Shown here: piece by piece, positions 1-8,270 of the stretch
Numbering within the stretch: position 1 is the first letter of the stretch
Layout of the letters: each line of letters starts with the position of its first letter
Assembly: GCF_000020025.1 (NCBI RefSeq)
Contig: NC_010628.1
Location: 4,620,001-4,652,000, forward strand
Direction of reading: 5' to 3'
DNA: 32,000 nt
Origin: Nostoc punctiforme PCC 73102
Lineage (GTDB): Bacteria; Cyanobacteriota; Cyanobacteriia; Cyanobacteriales; Nostocaceae
Program-made: the position numbers and the translations under genes
Notes under the pieces: generated by a model
Seen by the model: the letters and a program-made list of their open reading frames with translations, nothing else
Databases searched by the model: none
Told to the model about the DNA's origin: nothing

Positions 1-433
1 TGGCTTGGCTATGGGCTTGGGTTGGTTAATTTTACCTGTAGTGTGGATTAGTCGTTACCACTTTGGCAAGAAGTTTCTCACAGCGCGTTATTGGATTGCA
101 GGTTGGCTAATTCCCTGTTGGCTAGCTTTGGCGACGATTGGTAGCATCGGTCTGTTAAGTGACTATAACCATGTTTTGAAAACTTTTTTACAACAAAGTG
201 CGATCGCTTCAACTCTCCAATCTCATCCTACCTACTATGTGGAAATAGACCAGAAAACCGAAGTATTATTTGAGTTCTATCTTCCTATTCATGCCCAGCA
301 AGTAGCCTCTATTTCGCAAATACCAGCTTTGAGCTATGCTTGGATCTATAGTGACCAATCCCCTAAATTATCTAGACCTCACCGTATTCTCGGCACTGTC
401 AAAGAGTACCAGTTGATCCAATTTCTTCCCTAA
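1..433 (+). CDS. hypothetical membrane protein (5' end may lie outside the window)
   Basis: ORF 5..433 (142 aa). The frame stays open back to the window edge. The N-terminal half is hydrophobic (LGWLILPVVWI, WIAGWLIPCWLALATIGSIGLL), suggesting about 2 TM helices. No family recognised. Confidence 0.4.
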   Translation, partial: GLAMGLGWLILPVVWISRYHFGKKFLTARYWIAGWLIPCWLALATIGSIGLLSDYNHVLKTFLQQSAIASTLQSHPTYYVEIDQKTEVLFEFYLPIHAQQVASISQIPALSYAWIYSDQSPKLSRPHRILGTVKEYQLIQFLP

Positions 434-485
434 GATAGATGCAAAGCACCTATTGCTAAAAAATGTTGATTTATATACTATAGAC

Positions 486-503
486 AATAGTACGCATACT
501 AAG
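486..503. promoter_or_regulatory. putative MarR operator box, copy 1 (aatagTACGCATACTAAG, contains perfect dyad TAGTA-CGCA-TACTA)
   Basis: Read directly from the sequence. It ends 12 nt upstream of the marR ATG (515). Two further copies lie upstream of the downstream efflux genes. Confidence 0.45.
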
Positions 504-514
504 TATTTTGCTAA

Positions 515-982
515 ATGGTTTCTACATCTAATCATTCCCCAGCTTTAGAGTCGTGGCAGCAAAATCTGGCACCATACAATTTGGGCTACAGAATCAAATT
601 AGTCTCACAATTGCTCAGTCGCAAGTTTACAGATAAGCTAGAACCCTTTGGACTTACACCATTTCACTGGTTGGTGTTGTGCTGTTTGTGGCAAGAAGAT
701 GGTTTACCTACTTCTAGTATTGGAGACAAACTCAAACAAGTAGGAGGAACTTTAACAGGCGTACTAGATCGGATGGAAGAACGTGGTTTGGTGCGTCGAG
801 AACGCGACACTCACGATCGCCGCATCTGGCGGATCTGGCTAACGGATGCAGGTAAAGAACTAGAAACTATCTTACCCCCAATCGCCGCCGCAGTCAGGGA
901 TGAAGCAATGGACGGTATTTCTTTTGCTGATCGAGAACTATTTTCCCAAATCTTGAATCGGGCGATCGCTAACCTCTCCTAA
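515..982 (+). CDS. MarR-family transcriptional regulator
   Basis: 155 aa. It has a winged-helix pattern typical of MarR (LTPFHWLVLCCLW..., TLTGVLDRMEERGLVRRERDTHDRRIWRIWLTDAGKEL). It sits directly upstream of an efflux cluster. Confidence 0.85.
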   Translation: MVSTSNHSPALESWQQNLAPYNLGYRIKLVSQLLSRKFTDKLEPFGLTPFHWLVLCCLWQEDGLPTSSIGDKLKQVGGTLTGVLDRMEERGLVRRERDTHDRRIWRIWLTDAGKELETILPPIAAAVRDEAMDGISFADRELFSQILNRAIANLS

Positions 983-1038
983 AGATGATCCCATAATCAC
1001 CCGACCGGGGGAAGTGTTGTAAAGATTTGTTTTGAGAT

Positions 1039-1056
1039 AATATTACGCATACTAAG
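1039..1056. promoter_or_regulatory. putative MarR operator box, copy 2 (aatatTACGCATACTAAG)
   Basis: Matches copy 1 at 17 of 18 positions. Lies 84 nt upstream of the HlyD-like start. Confidence 0.45.
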
Positions 1057-1077
1057 GAAATAAGATTTTTTTCAGGA

Positions 1078-1095
1078 AATACTACGCATTCTAAA
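1078..1095. promoter_or_regulatory. putative MarR operator box, copy 3 (aatacTACGCATTCTAAa)
   Basis: A degenerate third copy, 39 bp downstream of copy 2 and 45 nt upstream of the HlyD-like ATG (1140). Confidence 0.4.
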
Positions 1096-1139
1096 TAAAC
1101 GACTATCAATCAAATCATCGAACAAGCGAGTTAAGAATC

Positions 1140-2588
1140 ATGAAAACCAATACATTTAACGGACGCAACCAAAACAAAACCATAGTTATAGAAAAAGAAT
1201 TGATTCCTAATTCAGAGGCTTTAAAAGCTGTAACCGCAGAAGCACCTGTTGTAACTCCTGAGATTGAGAAAGAAGTTCCACCGAAGCGGAAAAAACCGAC
1301 TGGTTTGATTTTGGCAGGAATAGGTGTGGGTGCGATCGTCGCAGGTACTTTTGGTTATAACTATTGGCAATACGCCTCCACCCACCAGGAAACAGACAAC
1401 GCCACTGTTGCGGGAAATATTCACCAAGTTAGTAGCCGAATTCCCGGAACTGTAAGTCAGGTGCTTGTGAATGATAACCAATTGGTGCAACCGGGACAGT
1501 TGTTAGTGAAATTAGATCCACGAGACTATGAAAGTAAGGTACAGCAAGCACAAGCAGCCTTAGAAAATGCGCGTGGACAGGCCCAAGCAGCCCAAGCAAA
1601 TATTGCTTTAACTTCACAAACCACCACTGGTAAGACAACTCAAGCACAGGGAGATGTTAGCGGTGCGGTAGCAGCAATTTCCACAGCCCAAGCAGCAGTA
1701 CAAGAAGCCCAAGCTGGGATACCAGCCGCGCAAGCTGAAGTCAGATTAGCCGAAGCAGGGATTCCCGCCGCCCAAGCCCAGGTAGCGCAAGCAAATGCGA
1801 ATTTGGAAAATGCCCAAGCAGATTACAATCGCTACAACGAATTGTATAAAAACGGTGCGATCGCTCGTCAGCAGCTAGACGCAGCCAAGGCCGCTTTTAA
1901 TGTGGCTACGGCACAAAGAAACGCTGCTGTTCAGGGAGTAGAACAAGCTCAAGCCAAGTTAGCTTCTGCGAGAGTTGGTGTTGCCAAAGCCCAGTCTCAG
2001 CTAGCACAGGCGCAAGAAAATGTCACCAACGCCCAAGCTAAATTGGCAGCATCCAAGGGAGGATTGCAACAAGCTACCGCAGGCGGACAAGATACAACAG
2101 TAAAACGTAGTCAATACGAAGCGGCAAAAGCTGCGATCGCGCAATCGGAAGCATCGCTCAAAGACGCGCAACTGCAACTATCCTACGCCAATGTTACCGC
2201 CCCTAGTGCCGGACGAGTCGGTAGAAAAAACGTGGAAGTTGGCAACCGAGTTGCAGTAGGAACACCATTAATGGCGATCGTGGATAACGAGTATTGGGTA
2301 ATTGCGAACTTCAAGGAAACCCAATTAGAAAAGATGCGCCCAGGAGAGATGGCAGAAATCAAGCTAGATGCTTTCCCTCATCATACCTTTGTTGGTCGTG
2401 TTGAAAGTCTTTCGCCAGCTTCCGGCGCTCAGTTTGCCTTATTGCCACCAGATAACGCTACAGGTAACTTTACCAAAGTTGTCCAACGCATCCCAGTCAA
2501 AGTAGTTTTTGACCAAAAGAGCATTCAAGGATACGAATCGCGGATTACTCCGGGGATGTCTGCGGAAGTAGCTGTGGAAGTCAAGTAA
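1140..2588 (+). CDS. HlyD/EmrA-family membrane fusion (periplasmic adaptor) protein
   Basis: 482 aa. It has one N-terminal TM helix (LILAGIGVGAIVAGTF). A lipoyl-like half follows (GTVSQVLVNDNQLVQPGQLLVKLDPRDYE). Next is a very long Ala/Gln-rich coiled-coil hairpin, then a beta-barrel part (TAPSAGRVGRKNVEVGNRV...WVIANFKETQL). It lies upstream of the MFS pumps. Confidence 0.85.
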   Translation: MKTNTFNGRNQNKTIVIEKELIPNSEALKAVTAEAPVVTPEIEKEVPPKRKKPTGLILAGIGVGAIVAGTFGYNYWQYASTHQETDNATVAGNIHQVSSRIPGTVSQVLVNDNQLVQPGQLLVKLDPRDYESKVQQAQAALENARGQAQAAQANIALTSQTTTGKTTQAQGDVSGAVAAISTAQAAVQEAQAGIPAAQAEVRLAEAGIPAAQAQVAQANANLENAQADYNRYNELYKNGAIARQQLDAAKAAFNVATAQRNAAVQGVEQAQAKLASARVGVAKAQSQLAQAQENVTNAQAKLAASKGGLQQATAGGQDTTVKRSQYEAAKAAIAQSEASLKDAQLQLSYANVTAPSAGRVGRKNVEVGNRVAVGTPLMAIVDNEYWVIANFKETQLEKMRPGEMAEIKLDAFPHHTFVGRVESLSPASGAQFALLPPDNATGNFTKVVQRIPVKVVFDQKSIQGYESRITPGMSAEVAVEVK

Positions 2589-2707
2589 TACCAAGTTGCC
2601 TGCAAACCTCTTTCTTGTTGTGACATTCTCCTACATCTAGAGAGAGGCGTATAAAGATGAGGTGAAATGATATTTGTGAGAGCAGATTGGTATAAAACAA
2701 ACTTGAC

Positions 2708-3967
2708 ATGAAAAAACCATTACTACCTGCTTTAAGGTCAAAAAATTACCAACTGTTTTTTGCCGGACAAGGTGTTTCCCTAGTTGGGACATGGATGACG
2801 CAACTTGCGACGATTTGGCTAGTTTATAACTTGACAAATTCACCATTAATGCTAGGAGTTGTGGGATTTTCAAGTCAAATTCCGAGCTTTTTTCTAGCTC
2901 CCTTTGGTGGAGTATTTGTAGACCGCTTTTCTCGATATCGTACCTTAATTGGTACGCAAGTCTTGGCGATGATTCAATCCTTAACATTAGCAGTGTTGGC
3001 GCTGACTGGTGTAATTCAGGTATGGCACATCATCGCCTTGAGCTTGTGTCAAGGATTTATTAACGCCTTAGATGCGCCAGCCCGCCAAGCATTTGTACCA
3101 GAGTTAGTTGAACGCAGAGAAGATTTAGCCAATGCGATCGCCATTAACTCTACCATGATCAACGGTGCTAGATTAATTGGCCCTGCGATCGGAGGTTTAC
3201 TAATTGCTAGAGTTGGAACTGGCTATTGTTTTTTAATAGACGGTTTAAGCTACATTGCTGTACTCGCCGCTTTATTGGCAATGAAAGTTAAGCCTTGGAA
3301 AAATGTGGTGACTGACGGCAATCCCTTACAAAAAGTCAAAGAGGGATTTGTATATGCCTTTAGCTTTCCGCCCATTCGCTCGATTTTGTTGCTATCAACT
3401 TTAGTCAGTTTCATGGGACTGCAAAACACAATTCTCGTACCAGTTATTGCAGAACAAGTACTCAAAGGTGGTGCAGAGAGTTTGGGGTTTTTGATGGCGG
3501 CATCTGGAGTTGGAGCTTTAACTGGTGGGATTTATCTAGCTACGCGCCAAACAATCTTAGGAATTGGTAAATTGATTGCTTTAGCTCCAGCAATTTTAGG
3601 AGTTGCTCTAATTGCCTTTTCTTTATCTCGATATTTACCACTTTCTTTATTTACAATGTTATTTGTTGGCTTAGGTACAATTCTCCAGATTGCTGCTAGC
3701 AACACATTTTTACAAACAATTGTTGAAGATGACAAACGTGGGCGATTGATGAGCTTATACACAATGTCATTTTTGGGGATGATTCCCGTGGGCAACTTGC
3801 TAGGAGGTGTATTAGCCAGTCGTATTGGCGCACCTAATACTTTAATAATTGATGGTATAGCTTGTATTTTAGGTTCTATAATTTTTAGCAGACAATTGCC
3901 TGCCTTAAGGCAGATTATGCGTCCAATTTATGAGCAGAAGGGCATTGTAATGAGTAAGAGAGCTTAG
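2708..3967 (+). CDS. MFS transporter (MFS_3 / EntS-like family)
   Basis: 419 aa, about 12 predicted TM segments. The N-terminal pattern (LRSKNYQLFFAGQGVSLVGTWMTQLA...FGGVFVDRFSRYRTL) is typical of the MFS_3 transmembrane-secretion-effector family. Confidence 0.75.
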   Translation: MKKPLLPALRSKNYQLFFAGQGVSLVGTWMTQLATIWLVYNLTNSPLMLGVVGFSSQIPSFFLAPFGGVFVDRFSRYRTLIGTQVLAMIQSLTLAVLALTGVIQVWHIIALSLCQGFINALDAPARQAFVPELVERREDLANAIAINSTMINGARLIGPAIGGLLIARVGTGYCFLIDGLSYIAVLAALLAMKVKPWKNVVTDGNPLQKVKEGFVYAFSFPPIRSILLLSTLVSFMGLQNTILVPVIAEQVLKGGAESLGFLMAASGVGALTGGIYLATRQTILGIGKLIALAPAILGVALIAFSLSRYLPLSLFTMLFVGLGTILQIAASNTFLQTIVEDDKRGRLMSLYTMSFLGMIPVGNLLGGVLASRIGAPNTLIIDGIACILGSIIFSRQLPALRQIMRPIYEQKGIVMSKRA

Positions 3968-4041
3968 GATAAAAACAGCAAAGAGATGGTATAAAATTTA
4001 ATAACAATTTTGTTGCTTAACCTTAAAACTGGAACAACACT

Positions 4042-5622
4042 ATGGCTAATACATGTGTAATTCATCAGCAAGCACCACCAGAACGTGTACCGCTAAGAAC
4101 CTGGATTGGTGTATTAGCCAGTATGCTTGGGGCATTTATGGCGGTATTAGATATTCAAATAACTAATGCTTCACTGCAAGATATTCAAGCAAGTTTAGGA
4201 GCAACTTTAGAAGAAGGCTCTTGGATTTCTACCGCTTATTTAGTAGCAGAGATTGTGGTAATTCCTTTAACAGGATGGTTATCACGGGTGTTTTCTCTGC
4301 AACGTTATCTGTTAGTGAATACTGCACTATTTATTTTCTTTTCTATATGCTGTGCTTGGTCGTGGAATCTCAATTCCATGATTTTATTTCGCGCCTTACA
4401 AGGTTTTAGTGGAGGAGTCTTAATTCCTACCGCTATGACAGTTGTATTAACGACTTTACCCCAATCTAAGCAATCAGTTGGGCTGGCTGCTTTTGGCTTT
4501 AGTGCAGTGTTTGCACCATCAATTGGCCCAACATTAGGAGGTTGGTTAACAGAAAATTTTGGTTGGGAATACAACTTTTATATAAATGTAATTCCAGGCG
4601 CATTAATGCTAGCTGGAGTTTGGTACGGAATTAAACAAGAAAAACCCCAAATTAATTTACTGAAACAAGGTGATTGGTGGGGAATTATTGCAATGGCTAT
4701 TGGGTTAGGCTCCCTACAAGTTGTTCTAGAAGAAGGTAGCCGCAAAGATTGGTTTAGTTCAGCGCTGATTGTACGCTTAAGTGCGATCGCAGTAATTTTT
4801 CTGGCGATATTTTTCTTTATAGAATTAACTCGTAAGCAACCATTTATTAATTTACGACTTGTGTTTAGGCGGAACTTTGGTTTAGCCAGTATTGTTAATG
4901 TGTCCCTGGGGGTGGGATTGTATGGTTCAATTTATATTCTACCGTTGTATCTTGCCCAAATTCAAAAATACAATGCGCTACAAATTGGTGAAGTATTAAT
5001 TTGGGCTGGTATTCCTCAACTTTTTATTATTCCACTCATCCCTAAATTGATGCAACGCATTGATGTACGGTTAATGGTAGCTGTTGGCGTAACGTTGTTT
5101 TCCATCAGTGCATTTATGAACTCTGGAATGACTAATCAAACTGGATTAGATCAGTTACGCTGGTCGCAATTTGTGCGTGCAATGGGACAACCCCTAATTA
5201 TGGTACCGCTAACTTCTATCGCTACTGCTGGATTGAGTCCAAAAGAAGCAGGTTCAGCAAGTGGTTTATTTAATATGATGCGGAATATGGGCGGTTCTAT
5301 AGGAATTGCATCTTTAGCAACTTTATTAACTAACAGAGAGCAATTTCACTCAAATAGATTGGGTGATGGAATATCTTTATATAACCCAGAAACTCAACAG
5401 CGAATTGACCAAATGACACAGTATTTTGTCAGCAAAGGAGCAGATTTGAGTACCGCACAAAATCAAGCGATCGCATCCATATCTAATATAGTCCGCCGGG
5501 AAGCTTATGTAATGGCTTTTAACGATTGTTTCTACTTTATTGGCATTGCATTATTACTCAGTGGACTTGCCGTTTTATTCTTCAAAAAGGTGAAGCCAAG
5601 TGGTAATGCTGTCGCTCATTAG
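4042..5622 (+). CDS. DHA2-type (EmrB/QacA, 14-TMS) MFS drug:H+ antiporter
   Basis: 526 aa. The N-terminus resembles EmrB (FMAVLDIQITNASLQDIQASLGATLEEGSWISTAYLVAEIVVIPLTGWLSRVF). The length fits 14 TM segments. It shares a cluster with an EmrA-like adaptor and marR. Confidence 0.85.
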   Translation: MANTCVIHQQAPPERVPLRTWIGVLASMLGAFMAVLDIQITNASLQDIQASLGATLEEGSWISTAYLVAEIVVIPLTGWLSRVFSLQRYLLVNTALFIFFSICCAWSWNLNSMILFRALQGFSGGVLIPTAMTVVLTTLPQSKQSVGLAAFGFSAVFAPSIGPTLGGWLTENFGWEYNFYINVIPGALMLAGVWYGIKQEKPQINLLKQGDWWGIIAMAIGLGSLQVVLEEGSRKDWFSSALIVRLSAIAVIFLAIFFFIELTRKQPFINLRLVFRRNFGLASIVNVSLGVGLYGSIYILPLYLAQIQKYNALQIGEVLIWAGIPQLFIIPLIPKLMQRIDVRLMVAVGVTLFSISAFMNSGMTNQTGLDQLRWSQFVRAMGQPLIMVPLTSIATAGLSPKEAGSASGLFNMMRNMGGSIGIASLATLLTNREQFHSNRLGDGISLYNPETQQRIDQMTQYFVSKGADLSTAQNQAIASISNIVRREAYVMAFNDCFYFIGIALLLSGLAVLFFKKVKPSGNAVAH

Positions 5623-5670
5623 ATTTGTTGCATCTGTTAAACTGTTTGATAAAACTACTAAGGTACTAAA

Positions 5671-6234
5671 ATGGTCATCAGCCAAAGTGAGTACTATATC
5701 TCTCCACAAGAATATCTAGAAGGCGAGAAAGTAAGTGACATCAAACACGAGTATATTGATGGGCAAGTCTACGCAATGGCAGGGGCAAGTGATGCTCATG
5801 TCACCGTAGTAGGAAATGTGTTTATACTGCTGCGAAACCATCTGCGGGGTAGTGGATGCCGTGTCTACATGGCAGATATGAAAGCACAGATTGATGTGAT
5901 AAATCGCTATTTCTATCCTGATGTCATGGTGACTTGTGATACACGAGATAGAGAGTCTGAATATTTCAAATCCTATCCTTGTTTAATTATCGAAGTACTT
6001 TCTGAGTCAACAGAAGGCTTTGATAGGGGAAAGAAATTCGCTAGTTATCGACATTTAGAATCACTACAAGAGTATGTGCTAATTTCACCAGATCGAATGA
6101 GTGTCGAATGCTTCCGCCGCAATGACCAAGGACAGTGGGTACTTTATCCTTATGAACAAGAACAAGAAGTGCATTTAGCTAGCGTTGATTTTCGGTGTGC
6201 GATCGCCGAAATATATGAAGATGTATTAAGCTGA
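5671..6234 (+). CDS. Uma2-family (DUF820) restriction-endonuclease-like protein
   Basis: 187 aa with characteristic Uma2 blocks (KHEYIDGQVYAMAGAS..H, YPDVMVTCD, PCLIIEVLSEST...D...K...Y). This family is highly expanded in cyanobacteria. Confidence 0.8.
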   Translation: MVISQSEYYISPQEYLEGEKVSDIKHEYIDGQVYAMAGASDAHVTVVGNVFILLRNHLRGSGCRVYMADMKAQIDVINRYFYPDVMVTCDTRDRESEYFKSYPCLIIEVLSESTEGFDRGKKFASYRHLESLQEYVLISPDRMSVECFRRNDQGQWVLYPYEQEQEVHLASVDFRCAIAEIYEDVLS

Positions 6235-6268
6235 AAAGCATCTAAGTTGAATAATCAATTAATAGGTA

Positions 6269-7495
6269 TTATCGATTAGATGATATTTTTTCAATTTGCT
6301 TAGTAAAGTATGCTTCTTCATGTTTTAGTTGTTGTGCTATTTCCAACCCTTTTTTAAAAGCTGTTAATGCTTGAGGAAAATCTTTCTGTTCTAGATACAA
6401 TTGCCCAATTTGGTCATAAGCTTGCATTATCCCGTAAAAGTTGGCAGATTGCGTCTGTATCTGTACAAGGATTTGGCTAGCCTGCAAAGCCTCGTCTATT
6501 TGTCCTTGAGAACTGTACAGTGCAATTAACTTCTGCAAAGCGTCGCCAGCACGAACATACTCGCGTAATTGCCAAGCAGTGGTATAAGCTTCTTGATAAT
6601 TTTGAAAAGCTTCTAGCAGTAAGTTAGGATCTTTCTTGGCTAGAGATTCGTAATTTGCAGCGATCGCTAGCTTTAATTCTGGGATTTCTGTAAGATTATT
6701 TTCAGTAGTGTAAATTACTACTAACTTATTAAGTATATTCAATGACTGCTGCGGTTGTTGTGTCTGCTCATAAATGTAAGCCAGCCGTTGCAGATATGTT
6801 ACCTCATTTACACGTTGGCCTTCAGAAGTAGCTAAACTCAATAATTCTTCGTAGACTGGGGCGGCTTTGGTATAATCAAACCAAGTTAAATGCAATTCCC
6901 CAATTGTCTTAAGCATTTCTACTACTGCTGCCGTATCTTTTTGCTGCCGCACCACTAGCAAAACTTGGTCGTAAGCTTCTACAGCTAGTTTAATCGATCG
7001 CACATTTTGGTAAGCTTGGGCTAGCGATCGCCATAATTGCAGATCGACTTGGGCAGTTGTTTTCTGAGATTGCGCCTGCTTTTGAATTGCTTGCAATCGC
7101 TGCACAATATATTGTACTTCTTCCCCATCATTTTGCTTCCAAGCGATCGCCCCGACTCGTGATAGTGCTTGCACCTCTGCTAATGAACCTAAAAAGCGCC
7201 GCAAGCGAAGTTCCCGGTTCCAAATTTCAAACGCCGCCACCCGATCCCCTGCTTGCAGTTTCGCTGTTGCTTCTTGGTTTAAAGCATCTAGTGCTGGTTC
7301 TAAATTTTGCTGTTCTTGGAGAGTTAACGGCTGTTTATCCTTCGGCAAACGTGGTAGCAGTGGGTCGGGTGGGGTGATTTCTAGAGGACTAGGAGGAAAT
7401 TCATCCGGTGGTTTGGGCTTTTTAGTCTGTGCCAGCGTTAAGGAGTTGCTAAAGAGTATAGCGGCAGTAACAATCACAATTAAGCGCCTGAGCAT
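6269..7495 (-). CDS. secreted TPR-repeat protein
   Basis: 408 aa. An N-terminal signal peptide (MLRRLIVIVTAAILFSNSLTLAQT) is followed by a Pro-rich linker. Repeated TPR-like helices fill the rest (A..Y..A...Y pattern, e.g. AYDQIGQLYLEQKDFPQALTAFKKGLEIAQ). Confidence 0.75.
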   Translation of the reverse strand: MLRRLIVIVTAAILFSNSLTLAQTKKPKPPDEFPPSPLEITPPDPLLPRLPKDKQPLTLQEQQNLEPALDALNQEATAKLQAGDRVAAFEIWNRELRLRRFLGSLAEVQALSRVGAIAWKQNDGEEVQYIVQRLQAIQKQAQSQKTTAQVDLQLWRSLAQAYQNVRSIKLAVEAYDQVLLVVRQQKDTAAVVEMLKTIGELHLTWFDYTKAAPVYEELLSLATSEGQRVNEVTYLQRLAYIYEQTQQPQQSLNILNKLVVIYTTENNLTEIPELKLAIAANYESLAKKDPNLLLEAFQNYQEAYTTAWQLREYVRAGDALQKLIALYSSQGQIDEALQASQILVQIQTQSANFYGIMQAYDQIGQLYLEQKDFPQALTAFKKGLEIAQQLKHEEAYFTKQIEKISSNR

Positions 7496-7986
7496 GAGTA
7501 CTTCACCTTGCCTTGAGTTAGTTACATGAGGTAATTCCCCATGCCCTATTATTTTTACCTTATTTCAGCAATTCCGAGGCGTAATACTAATTCACGAAAA
7601 CTCTGATACATACAGATAGATTTGTCGTAGGGGTATGGCAAGCCCCTATTTCCCTACATTGCTTTATGTCTCTATCTAATCTACGTATCTTATAAGTCAA
7701 GTCAATATCAAGCTAATACAATCAAAAATTTTTAAGTGTAATTACTGGGGTTTTATATCACATTTGCCTGGCTGATGCAAGCGAAAATCTATTGAATCTA
7801 GCTGGGGAAATATACTGAATATTTGAATAAAATTTCTTATTTGCCTTCTTATGAGTCAGAAAATATACGCTCACAATAATTCACTAATATAGATATCCTT
7901 TATTAGAGCTAGTTTGCTCTACTCTAAAAGTTAAAAAATTTGGTATCAGTTAGCACGACTATGATGAGTAGTACCGTGAAAAACTT

Positions 7987-8102
7987 TTGGCATTGCTGAA
8001 TAAGAAGTATGAATCAAAAGGTAGAGACGCGATATATCGTATCTCTATATGGGTTTTGATATTAAACAAAATCATTTTCATACTTCTTATTCAGCAAGCC
8101 AA
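7987..8102. repeat. nested inverted-repeat (MITE-like or structured) element
   Basis: The outer arms are 7987-8013 (ttggcattgctgaataagaagtatgaa) and 8077-8102 (ttcatacttcttattcagcaagccaa). They share a 21-bp perfect core, extended to about 26 bp with one bulge. Inner arms are atcaaaa (8013-8019) and ttttgat (8054-8060). The central hairpin tagagacgcgatatatcgtatctcta lies at 8022-8047. Confidence 0.7.
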
Positions 8103-8270
8103 TTTTTTCATGGATATTGTTTGCTGGAACGAAAATATAGGCGCTTTCACTGGGGCACGAAGGGTGATGCTCTAATGCCAATATATAGCGACTGTTATCC
8201 GTTTAAAGAGCTGGCTTACTGTTTTTACTACTTTAGTCAACAGCTACTTTTTCAATTAGGAAGGTAAAAA

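Noticed and set aside
1221-1647. Antisense ORFs 1221..1490 and 1429..1647 (89 and 72 aa) inside the HlyD-like gene
   Set aside because: They are fully embedded opposite a well-supported CDS, have odd composition and no recognisable motifs. They are typical shadow ORFs of an Ala/Gln-rich (GC-skewed codon) region.
1704-1784. Internal duplication EAQAGIPAAQAEV / RLAEAGIPAAQAQV in the HlyD-like coiled coil
   Set aside because: The duplication is real at the protein level, but the codons differ (ggg ata cca gcc gcg versus ggg att ccc gcc gcc). It is therefore old, and it is consistent with ordinary low-complexity coiled-coil hairpins of adaptor proteins. It is not a notable feature on its own.
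2637-4574. Track ORFs 2637..2987(-), 3250..3465(-), 3532..3795(-), 4221..4409(+) and 4305..4574(-)
   Set aside because: All overlap the two MFS transporter genes in other frames. They show no independent start signals or domain signatures.
5671-6234. Uma2 nuclease-like gene as part of a defence or toxin-antitoxin system
   Set aside because: It stands alone between an efflux pump and a TPR gene, with no partner methylase, antitoxin or defence genes. The family is massively expanded in cyanobacteria, so its presence alone is unremarkable.
7057-7377. ORF 7057..7377(+) and the other embedded ORFs 8882..9182(-), 9900..10088(-), 12811..13035(-), 14414..14706, 15264..15650, 15952..16200(-), 20986..21192, 21409..21960(-), 22497..22995(-), 23816..24004(-), 25055..25258(-), 25940..26152, 26486..26707(-) and the small ORFs inside 27193..31962
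   Set aside because: Each lies within or antisense to a much longer ORF with clear domain content. None has a recognisable motif.
7987-8267. ORFs 7987..8175 and 8049..8267 in the long intergenic region
   Set aside because: They run through the nested inverted-repeat element and overlap each other. They lack Shine-Dalgarno sequences and have no recognisable protein features, so they are more likely non-coding.
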